The notes beneath the pieces are model-generated. The model saw nothing but the letters and a program-made list of their open reading frames with translations. It did not search any database and was not told the DNA's origin. A stretch of 64,000 nt of DNA, taken from assembly GCF_021869535.1 (NCBI RefSeq), contig NW_026262723.1, forward strand, positions 47,678,001 through 47,742,000, read 5' to 3'. The DNA comes from Mytilus californianus (Eukaryota). This document shows, in pieces, positions 35,853-48,435 of this stretch (positions are counted from its first letter, which is position 1; each line of letters begins with the position of its first letter). The translations under genes and the position numbers were made by a program.

Positions 35853-38244
35853 GCAATTTTATTTACTGTTAATTATGTCTCAAAGATAATTATTCACGGA
35901 TTGATATGATGTTTGAAAACACAAAAAAAGGAAACTACAAATATACAAGTGGAGTCTACCTTACTTGCAATATTAGTACTATAATCATCCTTAATTGATA
36001 GAAAAAAGTGGGGGAAATATCAAGGGTTCACTTTTATCAATAAACAAAATTGTATTACTGTAACCTGAGCAAACTGCAATAAATGGAATATTTTTTATTG
36101 TCCGTTGTATTGCTTTTTACAGTGAAAAGTATTTTCAATATATAAATACAGCAAAACAATTTGCAATTGAAAGTGAACCGCCATTTTAATAACAATTAGT
36201 TACCTAATTTTTCGTTGTTGAAAAGGTGCATTTTCAAAGCCTTTTTCTGGAAAATATGAAATCAGAATTGAATCTGAAGAAAATGGTACACTACACCATT
36301 ATCTGAAAGTTCCTCTTTTTGTCCATATCAAAATAATTACTAACATATGTTGAGAAAAAAGATGCCGGATAAATCAGTGCATCTCCTAAAATTTAGTTAT
36401 TAAAAGATTTTGCTTCAAAAGTAAAAAAAAAAAAATCTTCTTTGTTCGGTTTAATAAACACTTTATATTCGATTATGGAAATGAAAAGTTCCCTACTCCA
36501 ACCTTCGACCATTCATCTTCAGCGTCACATAATTTTCATCCCAATCAATAAGCAATCATAAAGGGAATTAAAAAAAATAGTTTACTTATGTTTGACCATC
36601 CTATAAGAAATACCCAAAAGAACAACCGTTTTTGGGAGACAAATATCTAACTTTCAAAACGAAAATAACACTTTGTCATGTATCTTTATATATAGGTCCC
36701 GGGACTTTATAAAAGGAACAACAAGGATAAAATTGTTTAACATTATCTTTATATAGTTACTTCTTTTGTATCAAACAAAATTAAACATCAAAATTGAAAC
36801 TGTGAACATGATTTGTTAAAAAACCAAATTGCAATTCAAAAGATGATTTTCCACCTTCTGACGTTGACATATATGAGGTAAATTTTATGTAATGACAAAT
36901 GCATATCTTTATAAAATAAAAATGCAATAATACAGAAGTGATGTTTAAAATATTTTATTTTTTCAAACACCATATTTTATTGGAAGATTAAAAGAGGGTT
37001 TGAAATTATGCGCACATCTTTTCCAATCTTTCCACCAAATCACTTTGATTTTTTTTTTGGATTTTTTTCGAATTCCAATTTGGCGCTTTAACGCTATATT
37101 CGTAGATAACATACGAATTGTGCATAAGCACACCCGACAGGACAGAAAAAAAAGATTTTAGAATACACTTTGTACATAGTACAGTATCAAATTTGAACCG
37201 TACACACAAATAAACAACATTACCAATACAATATGCATTCTCATCATCTTTACGACACTGTCCTTCCTATATGTCTCTGGAGATAGTAAATACAATTATC
37301 ACGTAATTACTGATACAGGACATTGTCAGTTACGATTTATAGTGTGCATGCGTAATGTTGTTGTTGAAGTTCTTGTATCAAAACAAACAAATATTTCCTG
37401 AAATATTCTAAGTAATTGATACAAATTCGATGCTAGTAGTGTATAGCGTGTTTATTGCAATACGAAAACTAGAAATGCATTTGGGATTTGTCCGGAAATA
37501 ATGTGCCACGATCACAATACTAATACAATATTTCCAGATCAGAATTAGTTTTCTCAAGTCATTCATTGCTTTTGTTGAAGGCAGTATATTATATATTTTA
37601 TGTTAACGCATATAATAATTACTTCTTCTGATAGAATGATATTAAGTTCTCATTTTGCGCATCATAAATGAAGGTTCATTTCAAGTTCATTCTGAAACAA
37701 AATCAGCACATTAATCAAAAAGTTTTAGAGATTAACATAAATAACTAATATAGCTTAATGGCAACAAATTGTCGGGCTTGTTTGATTGATGAATTCCCAT
37801 TTGCACCTTACACATGTCCATGTTATTTCTTTCGGATATTGAAAAAGTGTTCGTTGTAGTCGGAATACGAAATGTTTGTATTGCAATTAGCCTTCCTAAC
37901 ATCTTTATATAGCATTTTACCTTTTCCATTATTGGTGTGAGTTTTACAATTTTTCCAAATAAACCTTTTTGATCTACAAATGTTTTTCAACGTAGATTTC
38001 AAAGCTATAAAAGTGTCTTTGCACGTTTTTACGTTTGATCTGATACGACACCTTTAGTAAAAAAAAAAATAATTAAGACCCTCATAGATATATACAATGT
38101 ATAGTAGTTTAGAAAATTCATGTCATAATGAAATACATTATGTCGTCCCGTACAACATATAGAACCTTCATAACAAAAATCAAAACCATTAACCAACATC
38201 TAAAGATTATTTAAAATCATTTAATACGCAAGAAGATCAGCACC

Positions 38245-38580
38245 AATAAGAGTGATATAAACTATCCACCAGAGGCAAATGACATTGATGTAAGCAAGTA
38301 AAGGCCTTTAACACTGTAAAAAATCCTTTAGTTAGCAGTAAAAGGTTCCGAACATGACAAAATGTGAAAAAAAATCAAACGGAAAATCAACGGCCTGTTT
38401 CATGACAACACAATGAACGAAAATCAAATATGACCCACATCAACAAACTATCATTACTAAATCACTGGCTCCTAGCTTGGGTCGGACACATTTGGAATAC
38501 GGTGGGTCCTTTGAAAGCACCAAACATCCTTCCTTTTAACTTTCTACAATGGTGTAACATCATTAGAACAAACTGTAAAA
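38245..38580 (-). mobile_element. Highly diverged family B copy
   Basis: AACTATCCACCAGAGGC...GGCTCCTAGCTTGGGTCGG. Confidence 0.55.
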
Positions 38581-39252
38581 ATCAGTGGGGAATGGCTTGA
38601 CGTATCAGAATCAGATTGGCAAGAAGCACAAAAAAATATATCTAACATAAAGACAAAACTACCGATGTAAGATTACTCGCATTTACTTTAAACTAGCTCT
38701 ACGCCAATTAAAATCAATAGATAAGTCATGTTTTCCCAGACCAAAGTATGGATCATTACCCATCCAACGGATTTAGTGTAAATAGATCAAAAACAGTCCG
38801 AGAAAAGCATAACCTTTTGCAATGCCAAAATATAAGTACATAGTATCGAAAGGATATTGACCTTATGTTTTATATCTGTATAGCAATACATATATTTGAT
38901 TATATGCTTAAATTTATCAGAAACAAAGTCAATGTGAGTACTGATAAAACAAAATATTCAAAGATCTTACTACCAGTGAGTACGGTGTTATATTGATGAC
39001 CTTTAAGAATAAGTTTATTATGAATTTGTATGGATCGTATCTAAATCTATATGCAAAATCGATAAACTTTATTACAGAAACGTTCTTAGATGTCAAGGAG
39101 AAAGTTTGTAGTTTTAATCATCTCAGCAAAGTTCTAGCAAGTATATCTAGCATATTAATTTTTTTCGTTACAGAGGAAGGTTTTATAAATGTATGAGTTG
39201 TAGTAGAAATCTCTTTGATAAGATTGTGTGGAAGTATAGAGAAGAGAGTCAA

Positions 39253-39556
39253 AAGTAAAATAACAAAAATACCGAACTCAAAGGAAAACTCAAAACGGAA
39301 AGACCCTTATCGAATGGCAAAAACAAATGCTCAAACACATCAAACTAATAGAAAACAACTGTCATATTCCTGACTTGGTACAAACATTTCCTTATGTAGA
39401 AAATGGTGGATTAAACATGCTTTTATAGCTAGCTAAACCTCTCATTTGTATGACAGTTACATAGAATTCCATCATTTTGACAACAATGTGTGAGCAAAAC
39501 AAACAGACATAATAGGTAAAAATGTCAAAAATTAGGGTACAGCAGTCAACATTGTC
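39253..39556 (-). mobile_element. Family C 3' end
   Basis: Near-identical organisation to 17395-17700. Confidence 0.85.
39357..39458 (-). ncRNA. Twister-like ribozyme (type P5, family C), near intact
   Basis: P5 AACTGTCATA/TATGACAGTT (10 bp); GAGGT; TAA-TCC-AC; L4 TACCAAGT; T1 AC/GT; T2 ACC/GGT; P4 TTTG/CAGG via wobbles. Confidence 0.65.
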
Positions 39557-42500
39557 AAAGTGTCATTACTGTCAGGAATTTATGATGTCATTCTTAAGAA
39601 CTTCCTTGAATTATATACGTCATACCACTAATACACTATTGCCTGCTTTATCGGCCGGTTCAAACACAAAACGCCTCTCGAGTACTCGAAATTTGTTTTA
39701 GTCCGAGAAATGGTCGTATTACAAAAGGAACGACCATATAAGTCTGAATGCGGTTATTTTTTTTCCTAAATAAATAGTATGATTCCCAACCTTGAAGAAA
39801 TGATAAGAAGAAGTGCAAAAAATAAGATTGAGATTTTTTTGCCATTTAATTTACTGTTTGCGTTGTACGGAAAAAAAATCAGTTTAAAAAAAAAAAACAT
39901 AACCTTTTATTAATTTCCATATTATTTTTGAAGTGTGGCCATTTTCATTATAAGACAAGTGTACCGAAATTCCAAAGGATTTCAATAAATTTAAGTTGGA
40001 CACTTATGAAAACAGAAGAAGTGTAAAACTTGTTTAGAAAGCACATAAAATTGGAGGAAATCGATCTTAAATTTGTTTTAAAACCATCAAATCTGAAATT
40101 TCAAATATATAGATTTTTCTTGAAAATTGATATGTTGTTGGTATTTAATTTCGTTTGAATGATGTTAAATGATAATAGGGTTACCATCTTCATTTTTACG
40201 GTAGATATCATTCAAAATGGTGTTCTAGGTGAAAAGTACTACAAAACGTCGAATAAGCGTAACGTCAAATGTTGTGTTGTATAAGCCGTAAAACATCGAT
40301 TTTTGACATTTTTCACAACAAACTAGGTAACAGATTGATAAATACATCAAAGTTCGTGTATATCAATAAAACGGAATTTATGTATCAACAACATTTCAAC
40401 TTTTAAGAAAAATCTAAAGATTTGAAATTGGAGGTGTGATGCTTTTTACCTTTTAGGTGTAGTACCACCAAATCATAGTACGTCACATCCGGTTTCATAC
40501 GAAAAAGGGTCGAACAAAATATTCTCTTGATTTTGACAGTTGTAGGAAATTAACCCTGCATTTCATTGCAGAAAAAAATTCTGAGTCATAAATATATATA
40601 TCTTGGGTGTTTAAAAGCACCATTCTTTTTCATTTGCTGTTTCTGTAAAATATTTTGGAAATTTCAGGTGACATGGTTACTAAAGCTTGTTAACAGGGAA
40701 AAAAGGGGTAAAAATTTGATTGGTTTACTTCCGGTGATGGCTATTATCTTATATGCAATGAAATGTTATGTGAAATTTTCACTGTAATATTGGACAGGAT
40801 AATACTTTACTCATGCCAAGTATTTCTTTATTTGAAGCAAAGATAAATTTTGCACAATTATTTGAAAAGTGCCAATTTAACAAAGACTAATAGTTGAAAA
40901 TCAATGGTGGTGATACTCCTTTTGAGAGAACTCATTAGTAATATTTCCGAAAATAAAAGAGATACATGCATCATTTTTTCGGTATTTAGTTATAGTTCAA
41001 TGAGCCAAAGTTGTAAGCAGAATGCTATCAAAGTCTGTGACATAGCTTTAAGTCTTATTGGACCTCCTCTAGAAATGAACATGTTGTTTTCCGTGTCGTT
41101 TTGCCATTGTCTAATTAATCATGCCCTTCTTTCATTCATATGAAGATTTTGTTTTTTCTGTTTTATCATGCATAACATTCTAACTAATGAACAACGACCG
41201 ACATCTTTTTTTTATTAAGATGGCGTTTAATACATATCATCACTTAAATGGCAGCAATAACCAACTGATGAAGAACAAGGGATAGTTAGTTACTGTAGTC
41301 ATTTAGTCGATCAACTCCAAATTTCTTCCTGTTTCTATAGATTTCATAGCAAATTTAAACCTATTACTAGTATTATATTTGATAGAACAAAATACTAGCT
41401 TAATCAGCTCTGATATTGACATATATGTTCTGATTCAAAAATTACTATCTTAATAGTATTTTCAATACTTCTAACGACATTGCTGTGCTACACATTTAAT
41501 TGGTTACTAATTTTAATATATAAAAAAGATTAGCACATTATTGATTAAGGTATAATTACTTATTCGGTTTTCGACACATCGTGGTAGCCACTGGTAGCAC
41601 AAAAAGCGGATACTCTTTCTAATTTTATCCCCGATTTTTAGTCGGTTTTGTGTTTCACGTTCTTGCAATGGTACTGACTGCCATTCTATAAATTATGGTA
41701 TTAGATTAACCCTTTGGTATCTTTATACTTTTCAGTCATACCCATAGAAAAAATACCAACACTCAAATAGTAAAAGCTTCCTTTGATTTTACTGTTTCCT
41801 AGATAAATGTGCTGTCTTTTTAAAGCGCCCTTTCTTTCTTGAATATACCACTTATAATAAACAATATTTTGCATATGTTGTTTGCGAATCTGAAGTATCC
41901 TTCTTTTTTCTCTCCATGTGCAGTTTTGCTCTTGCTGTAAAATTTTGTCTAGGATATAATAGAAAAGAAGAAACTTTCCAACAATTTTTTTTCCTCCACA
42001 TGTCGTTTGAAGAGATTCTGGTGTATTCAAATTACTTTTTCGTTAAGACTTTACCGCGTATTAAATTTGATCAAATAACATACACAAAATGATCAAATTG
42101 TCACATTTATGGCGTCATAGTGGCATCATTATAGAAATTTTATATACTGAAATGACAAAAAACTGTGTTTTTTAGTTTATCTAAATATAAGACGAAAACA
42201 AATTTGAATGAAAAATTGATTTAAACCACGGGTCTTTATATATGTCAAGTATGAGAAAATGAGAACAATTTATAATCATATCAATCATTTGAACGCTATC
42301 ATCAAGCAACGGATGAAGACATACCGGTAGTTAGTAGTTATTTGGTCCATTAACTTTAGTAAATTTTCTGTTTTATAGATTTGATAGCACATTTGAAACC
42401 ATTAATGATGGCCGTAATGTTAATTGATAGAGTTACGTAGGAGTTCTACTGACTCTGACATTTACTACTATATATATATGTTTATAATCCAAATACTCTC

Positions 42501-43310
42501 TTTCTAAGATTAATTTATCTAACTATTGCACAATTAATCACTTAGGGGACGACCATATGAAAATCGGTAGGAAGTTGGGGAGTATTTTATTTTGATTTCA
42601 TACCGGTATTCATTTCATCGTTTGCTATGCATGCTCATCTTTTCCACTGGTTCACGCGCGAAAACTTATTTTCACTTTCGTTCACTGTTTTTATTTCGCG
42701 GAACAAACATTTTTTTCGTCTTTATTCAAAAAGAAACTTTTTTCAATAACAAACAGGAACAATATTTTTTTTTTAAACTCAATGTCATTTTATTTTTTTT
42801 AAATTTAATTCGAAACTATTGATTTTTTCACTTCCCTTCTGAAATTTAGAATAAAACAACTTGTAAAAAAAAAACATGCCTCCAACCACACATCCAAAAC
42901 ACAGATGGTTGGTCGATGCTTGAATTTCAAGGATCTTAATGGGACATAGTCTGTTGAAATTCTACCAAAACAAAATGACTTATGAGTTCCCAAATCTGGA
43001 AAAAATAAGGAAAAATCCTGAAAGCATTCGTTATAGTAGATGCATACTGTTATTAATATACGTGTCACAGTGCAATATTTCAGTGAAGTTTCAAAGATCT
43101 GTGCTAACAATTGAGAATGGAAATGGGGAATGTGTCAAAGATCTGCGACTCATTTCACATAAAATCTTACGAGAGAAAAAAAACTCGTAAGTCATGAACA
43201 TTTCAGTATAACTTATGATCAATTTTTTTCGTAAGATTTTTTAGAAAATACCCCCTAGATGGTATCCGGTAGGTTTTGATATATATCGGAAGATAAAAAA
43301 ATATTCATTT

Positions 43311-43730
43311 AAAAATAAGGAGATGAGGTATGATTGCCAATGAGACAACTTCCCACCAAAGTTCAAATAGAGTAGATGTACATGTAAGCAATTAAAGGCA
43401 ACCGTACGGCCTTCAACAGTGAGAAAAACCCATACCGTATAGTCGGTTATAAAAAAAGGCCCCGACATGAAAAATATGAAACAATTCAATTGAGAAAACT
43501 AACGACCTAATTTATAACAAAACAATTAACGAAAAAAATATGACAGACATGAACCAACGACAACCACTGAACTACAGGATCCTGACTTGGGACGGGCACA
43601 TAAAGAATATGGCTGGGTTAAACATGTTTGTGAGCGCTCAACCCTCCCCCTTACCTTGGACAGTGGTGTAACAGCACAAAATAAGAACAAACTATGAAAA
43701 AAGGCTTAACTCATCAGATCGATACAAAGA
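43311..43730 (-). mobile_element. Family B copy
   Basis: Reverse complement of 48050-48435. Confidence 0.85.
43575..43657 (-). ncRNA. Twister-like ribozyme (family B), single mismatches in P2 and P4
   Basis: GGGG-GAGGG-T-TGAGCGCTCA-C-AAACATGTT-TAA-CCCA-GC-CATAT/ATGTG-CCCG-TCCCAAGT-CAGG. Confidence 0.6.
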
Positions 43731-44179
43731 GAAAAACATCAAACATAAACACAGACCGGACGAAGCATGGTTCATTTTCATGAATTGACGATAAAAACGA
43801 CTTATTTTGACGAATCAGGGTAACTGTTTTCAGATAACGGTAACGCTAATTTGTATGAGACCTCTAATGATTTACAATAAGGATATTTTGATGAATCACG
43901 ATTAAAATTTGACGCTAACAATACCAGAACATTACCGTTTGACGCCTGACAGTAAAAATTACTGTTTCTTCTTAAAACAAAGGAGATGGAAGACATCAAG
44001 GGCAAAACGAAAACTACAAAAAGACGAACAAGTCCTAAAACACTACACAGAAAACTATAGTTTGAGCAACACGGAGAAATGCCAAAACTGAAAAATTGTC
44101 ATATCGCTAATAAGTTAAATGAGATAAATGATTAAAAGGGTAGGGATGTAAAGGACGTAAAAACTCAGTGTATGATTAT

Positions 44180-45255
44180 AAATAACAAAAATACTGAACT
44201 ACAAGGCAAATTCAAAAAGGGGGAATCTGGGAAAACTGACAAAATCAAACGCTATCAATCAATGGAACAAGTGCAAAACAACTGCCATCTTCCTGACTTG
44301 GCACAGGCATTTTCCGAAGAAAATGGTGGGTTAAACCTGGTTTAATAGCTAGCTAAACCTTCCACTTGTATGACAATTGTCTATAGTTCCGTTATATTGA
44401 CAAAATTGGGTGAGCAACCCAAACAGACATAATAAATTAATGTGACTATAATTGGGATCCAGCAGCCTAGACTGTGTAAACATACACCACAGACATACGA
44501 CACAACGGAATAAAAAAATTCAAACAAACATACAAATAACAAAGAAGACAACAAAAAAAGGTGTTTTAGTAGATAATAAACTTGACAAAGACGCCGACAA
44601 AAATGTTTTTCACGTTTACAGTAAATTGAACAAGACGCCAATAACGTAAGTTTTTGTCGTTGATAGTACATACCGTATAATAGTATAAACTTTCTCGATA
44701 AAGTAGAAATTAGATAAAATATAAATCCAAGGGTACACAAAATAGGAAAACACACTGTAAAAAACTACTTGTGTCCGAATCGTACTTCAGGTCCCACCTG
44801 CACCAGGAACGCCCAAAGTAAAAAATCCGATGACAGGATGCATAAATACTGAGTCACGTCAAAAGTCATACGACCAAGAGAAAAAGAATAGCACGAAGAC
44901 ACATAACGGAAAAACTAAAGTAAAATAGAAAGATACACAACTTTAGCACTTAGAATTTATCACTCAAGACCATGTTGTATTATTTGTGAAGTAGACACTG
45001 AATGTTTATCTATAAGGTCTTGGTACTTTTCGATGAACTTTTTGTTTTGTTTTTTACAAGTGTCTAAAGAAACTCCGACTCATATGGAAATAAGAAAAGC
45101 TCGGCCAGGAGAGGTGCACAGTTGGTTCCCATAGGAATGCCAACAACTTCTGTAAATTACTACCTCCAAATTCAACAAATATGTTGTCAATGATAAACTC
45201 CAGCATACTGATCACTTGTTCTTCGGTGTAGCATGTTTTATTTTCGGACACACCC
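44180..45255 (-). mobile_element. PLE family C: internally deleted RT remnant plus full 3' UTR with a twister-like motif at 44280-44380
   Basis: EQVISMLEFIIDNIFVEFGG..GIPMGTNCAPLLA.LFLFPYESEFL, then KKFIEKYQDLIDKHSVSTSQII; twister P3 CATTTTC-TTCG-GAAAATG. Confidence 0.85.
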
Positions 45256-45467
45256 TAATAAAATATGTAGAATTATATCACAAAACAATACATTTGTAGC
45301 GTATGGTACCATTTTTTATTGAGGAAAATATTGTGGATTATTGTTTTAAGACGGGTTTGAATTTATCATGTGGTATGATGGTGTAAAGGGTGCGGAAATC
45401 GTTCTATTAAGATATGATATGAACCAAACGTATTAAAAGCCAGTAACATGCCAAAAAACGGTAATGG

Positions 45468-45848
45468 TTCATCGCTCGTGTATGTAACAACGTATTTGAT
45501 TTCAACGAAAGAAATCTCTGTATTACGGAAAAATTATTACACCAGGGTTTTCGATATCACAAACTAGTCAAAACATTTACTAAATTTTATCATCGGTACA
45601 AGAACATCATTCGTAAATATAAATCAACATGCAGACATCTTATACGTTCAGGTATTTCACATCCAATATTTTATGGTAATATTCTTTACAAAACACAAAA
45701 ATGTCGGCATTCACCTCAAAAGCTAACTAAACCTTTAAACAGACTTATTTGGAAAGGATATAGTTACGATACTGTTGTCAAGTCATTAAGGATTGCATAT
45801 TTTGGTATTAATATTGATTCACTCATAGGGTCTTTGCATCGGAAATAA
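45468..45848 (+). mobile_element. Uninterrupted 126-codon C-terminal frame of a PLE RT protein (family F), missed by the ORF track because it has no start codon
   Basis: FIARVCNNVFDFNERNLCITEKLLHQGFRYHKLVKTFTKFYHRYKNIIRKYKSTCRHLIRSGISHPIFYGNILYK...GSLHRK*; first half parallels RYSRAC..KLL.QG....KL..KFY.RY in families A and C. Confidence 0.8.
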
Positions 45849-46492
45849 ACACATTTATTATATAACCAGTTGTTGGCATGATACGGGTTATGTTCTTCTC
45901 ATATATTTTATGATGGTATGATACTAAACCCCTAACGGGAGGAGATGTACTTGATTTTCATATGATGAAGACATAATCTTTCAATCAGTTTAATTGAGGT
46001 CTGGAGCTGGCATGTCAGTAACTGCTAGTAGTCCTTTGTTCATTTATGTATCATTGTCATTTTGCTTAGTTTCTTTTGTTACCTATTGTGGCATCGGACT
46101 CGGACTTCTTTTAAACTGAATTTTAACTGTGCGTATTGCTATGTGTTTCTTTATTCTACATTGTCTAGAGGTATAGGTGGAGGGTTGAGATCTCACAAAA
46201 CATGTTTAACCCCGCCGCATTTTTGCGCCTGTCCCAAGTCAGGAGCCCCTGGCATTTGTTAGTCTTATATGTTTTTTAATTTTAGTTTATTTAAATGTTT
46301 TGGAGTTTAGTGTGACGTCCATTTTCACTGAACTAGTACACAATTTTATTTAGGGGCCAGCTAAGGACCACCTCCGGATGCGGGCTTTTCTCGCTGCGTT
46401 GAAGAACCATTGGTGGCCTTCGGCTGTTGTCTGCTCTTTGGTCGGGTTGTTGTCTCTTTGTCATATTCCCCATTTCCGTTCTCAATTTTATT
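45849..46492 (+). mobile_element. 3' UTR / terminal repeat region of the family F PLE
   Basis: Contiguous with the ORF; distal 300 nt match the solo copies at 14903, 28806 and 33241. Confidence 0.8.
46165..46252 (+). ncRNA. Twister-like ribozyme (type P5, family F), all core nucleotides present
   Basis: P5 CTAGAGGT/GCCCCTGG (1 mismatch); P2 CCCC/GGTG (1 mismatch); GAGGG; TAA; GC; P3 CGCA-TTTT-TGCG; P4 CCTG/CAGG; L4 TCCCAAGT; cut at 46207/46208. Confidence 0.75.
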
Positions 46493-47904
46493 AGCAATAG
46501 TGAACATGCAAAATTTATGACAGAGTTAAACATTTTACGTATACGATAAAAAATAACCTAGATACCGATGTTGATGAACCAATTCTGATGTGAAACATGT
46601 ATTTTAATTAGGTTTTAACCATAAATTACAATAATCATATATGTACCATGTAGTGATTAGGCAGAATGATGCACTAAATGACTGCTTTGTTATGAAATCT
46701 ACAAGACAGAAAACGTAGGACTAAATAAGCTCTTACGAAGCAATGTATTGTCTGATTGAATGAATGTATAACAGATTAACGAAGACTTTTTCAGGAAGTT
46801 GTACTGATGGAAGTTTCGTGTTGAACAAGAACAATACAAAATACTATCATGGATTATAATTAATAAACTCAAACGAAATAGATACACAATGTAAAATCAG
46901 GGCACTTTCACAAACACGATGACAGTATTTGTTTGATAATTCCGTACAATGTAAACCTTCAGTTGAAATTAGAAATTGAAATATTATAGACATTAAGGTA
47001 TTAGATATCTTATAGATTGTTTGATCTATGCAATTCATTTTTATAGTCTTATGGGCTTTTTTAAATTGATTTATGCTGTTTCGTTATTTCGACGTTATTT
47101 TCCTGTTCATCCTTTATTGAGACTTTTGGTTGATGTTTTTTGTTAATGGTCAATATATGTTGTCTTTTTTTTTTAAATCTAATTTTCAGCGTTTATCTTA
47201 TTTTTGAATAACAACACTGCTTACTAATGGGTATCGCATATGCCCAGAATTTTGAGTTAAATAAGAAAAGAATGTGAAAACTGAAAAGTGAACAAGGGAG
47301 CCAGCAGGACTCGTTCCGTTGACTGATTAAGGATCTTAAAAATCGTTCTTATACTAATAAGTCGATGATTTACATATGTTTTTTTTAAATCTATACCATG
47401 AAGTCAAACAGATTTAGGAAATTCGTTATTTTACTATAGAACGTGTTTTTCTGTCTATTTAATCTTTCCACCTTTCCATGGATACCTTTTGATTTTTTCT
47501 GACTATATATTTTTTCTTCAACTACTTTTGCTTCTAGGATGTCGCTCTTGTTTTGCAACATGTCGATAAGATATTTGGTATATGATATCGAACAGTAATT
47601 GCGCTTTTGAAACTCATCCTTTTTAAATCAAACTCTATTCCGTATTTGGGTAATCTGGGTTTTTTTGTTGTTATCGCTTCTCCTCAGAATGCGTAATTTT
47701 TTTTTCTCCAAAATGTTCTTTACTTCAATAGGATGATCTGATAAATTTGGACCGAATTGGTACGATCACAAGTATTTCCCTTTTTGTGTTCACATAAGTG
47801 ATATGCTGAAGTAACTCATAAATCATAAGTCATATAGACTATTAGTTATTGGCTTTGAACTAGTTGTCAGTAACTGCGAGTACTCTCAGATCTTAGTCGT
47901 ACTT

Positions 47905-48435
47905 TGACCTATAATTGTTTACTTTTTACACATTGTTACTTGGATGGAGAGCTGTCTCATTGGCACTGATACCACATCTTCTTATTTATATCTAGGGTCT
48001 TTTTGTTGTGGGAATGTATAAGTACCCTGCCACGTCCACTCTGTGTTTTTGTTAGATGTATTTCTACTTTGTATCGATCTAATGAGTTAAGCCCTTTTCA
48101 ACTGATTTTTATAGTTTGTTCTTATGTTGTACTGTTACACCATGGTCCCAGGTTAGGGAGAGGGTTGGCGCGCCTTCAAACAAGTTTAACCCGCCACATT
48201 CTGTATGTGTCTGTCCCAAGTCAGGAGCCTGTAATTCGGTAGTTGTCGTTTGTTGCGTATGAATCGTTTTACATTTGTCATTTCGGGGCCTTTTAAAGCT
48301 GACTATGCGGTATGGGTTTTACTCATTGTTGAAGGCCGTACGGTGACCTATTATAGTTGTTTATTTCTGTGCCATTTGGTCTGTTGTGGAGAGTTGTCTC
48401 ATTGGCATTCATACCACATCTTCTTATTCTTATAT
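47905..48435 (+). mobile_element. Family B: a B' 3' end followed head-to-tail by a full unit
   Basis: CCACATCTTCTTATT ends at ~47988 and ~48430. Confidence 0.85.
48149..48231 (+). ncRNA. Twister-like ribozyme (family B), near intact
   Basis: P5 CAGGT/GCCTG; GGGA-GAGGG; TAA-CCC-GC; P3 CACAT/ATGTG; P4 TCTG/CAGG; L4 TCCCAAGT; cut at 48187/48188. Confidence 0.7.

Noticed and set aside
43700-43720. CTGATGAG in family B (minus strand; also ~48080) as a hammerhead core
   Set aside because: Followed by GTT..AAC then TGAT rather than GAAA; no stem III or NUH triplet.
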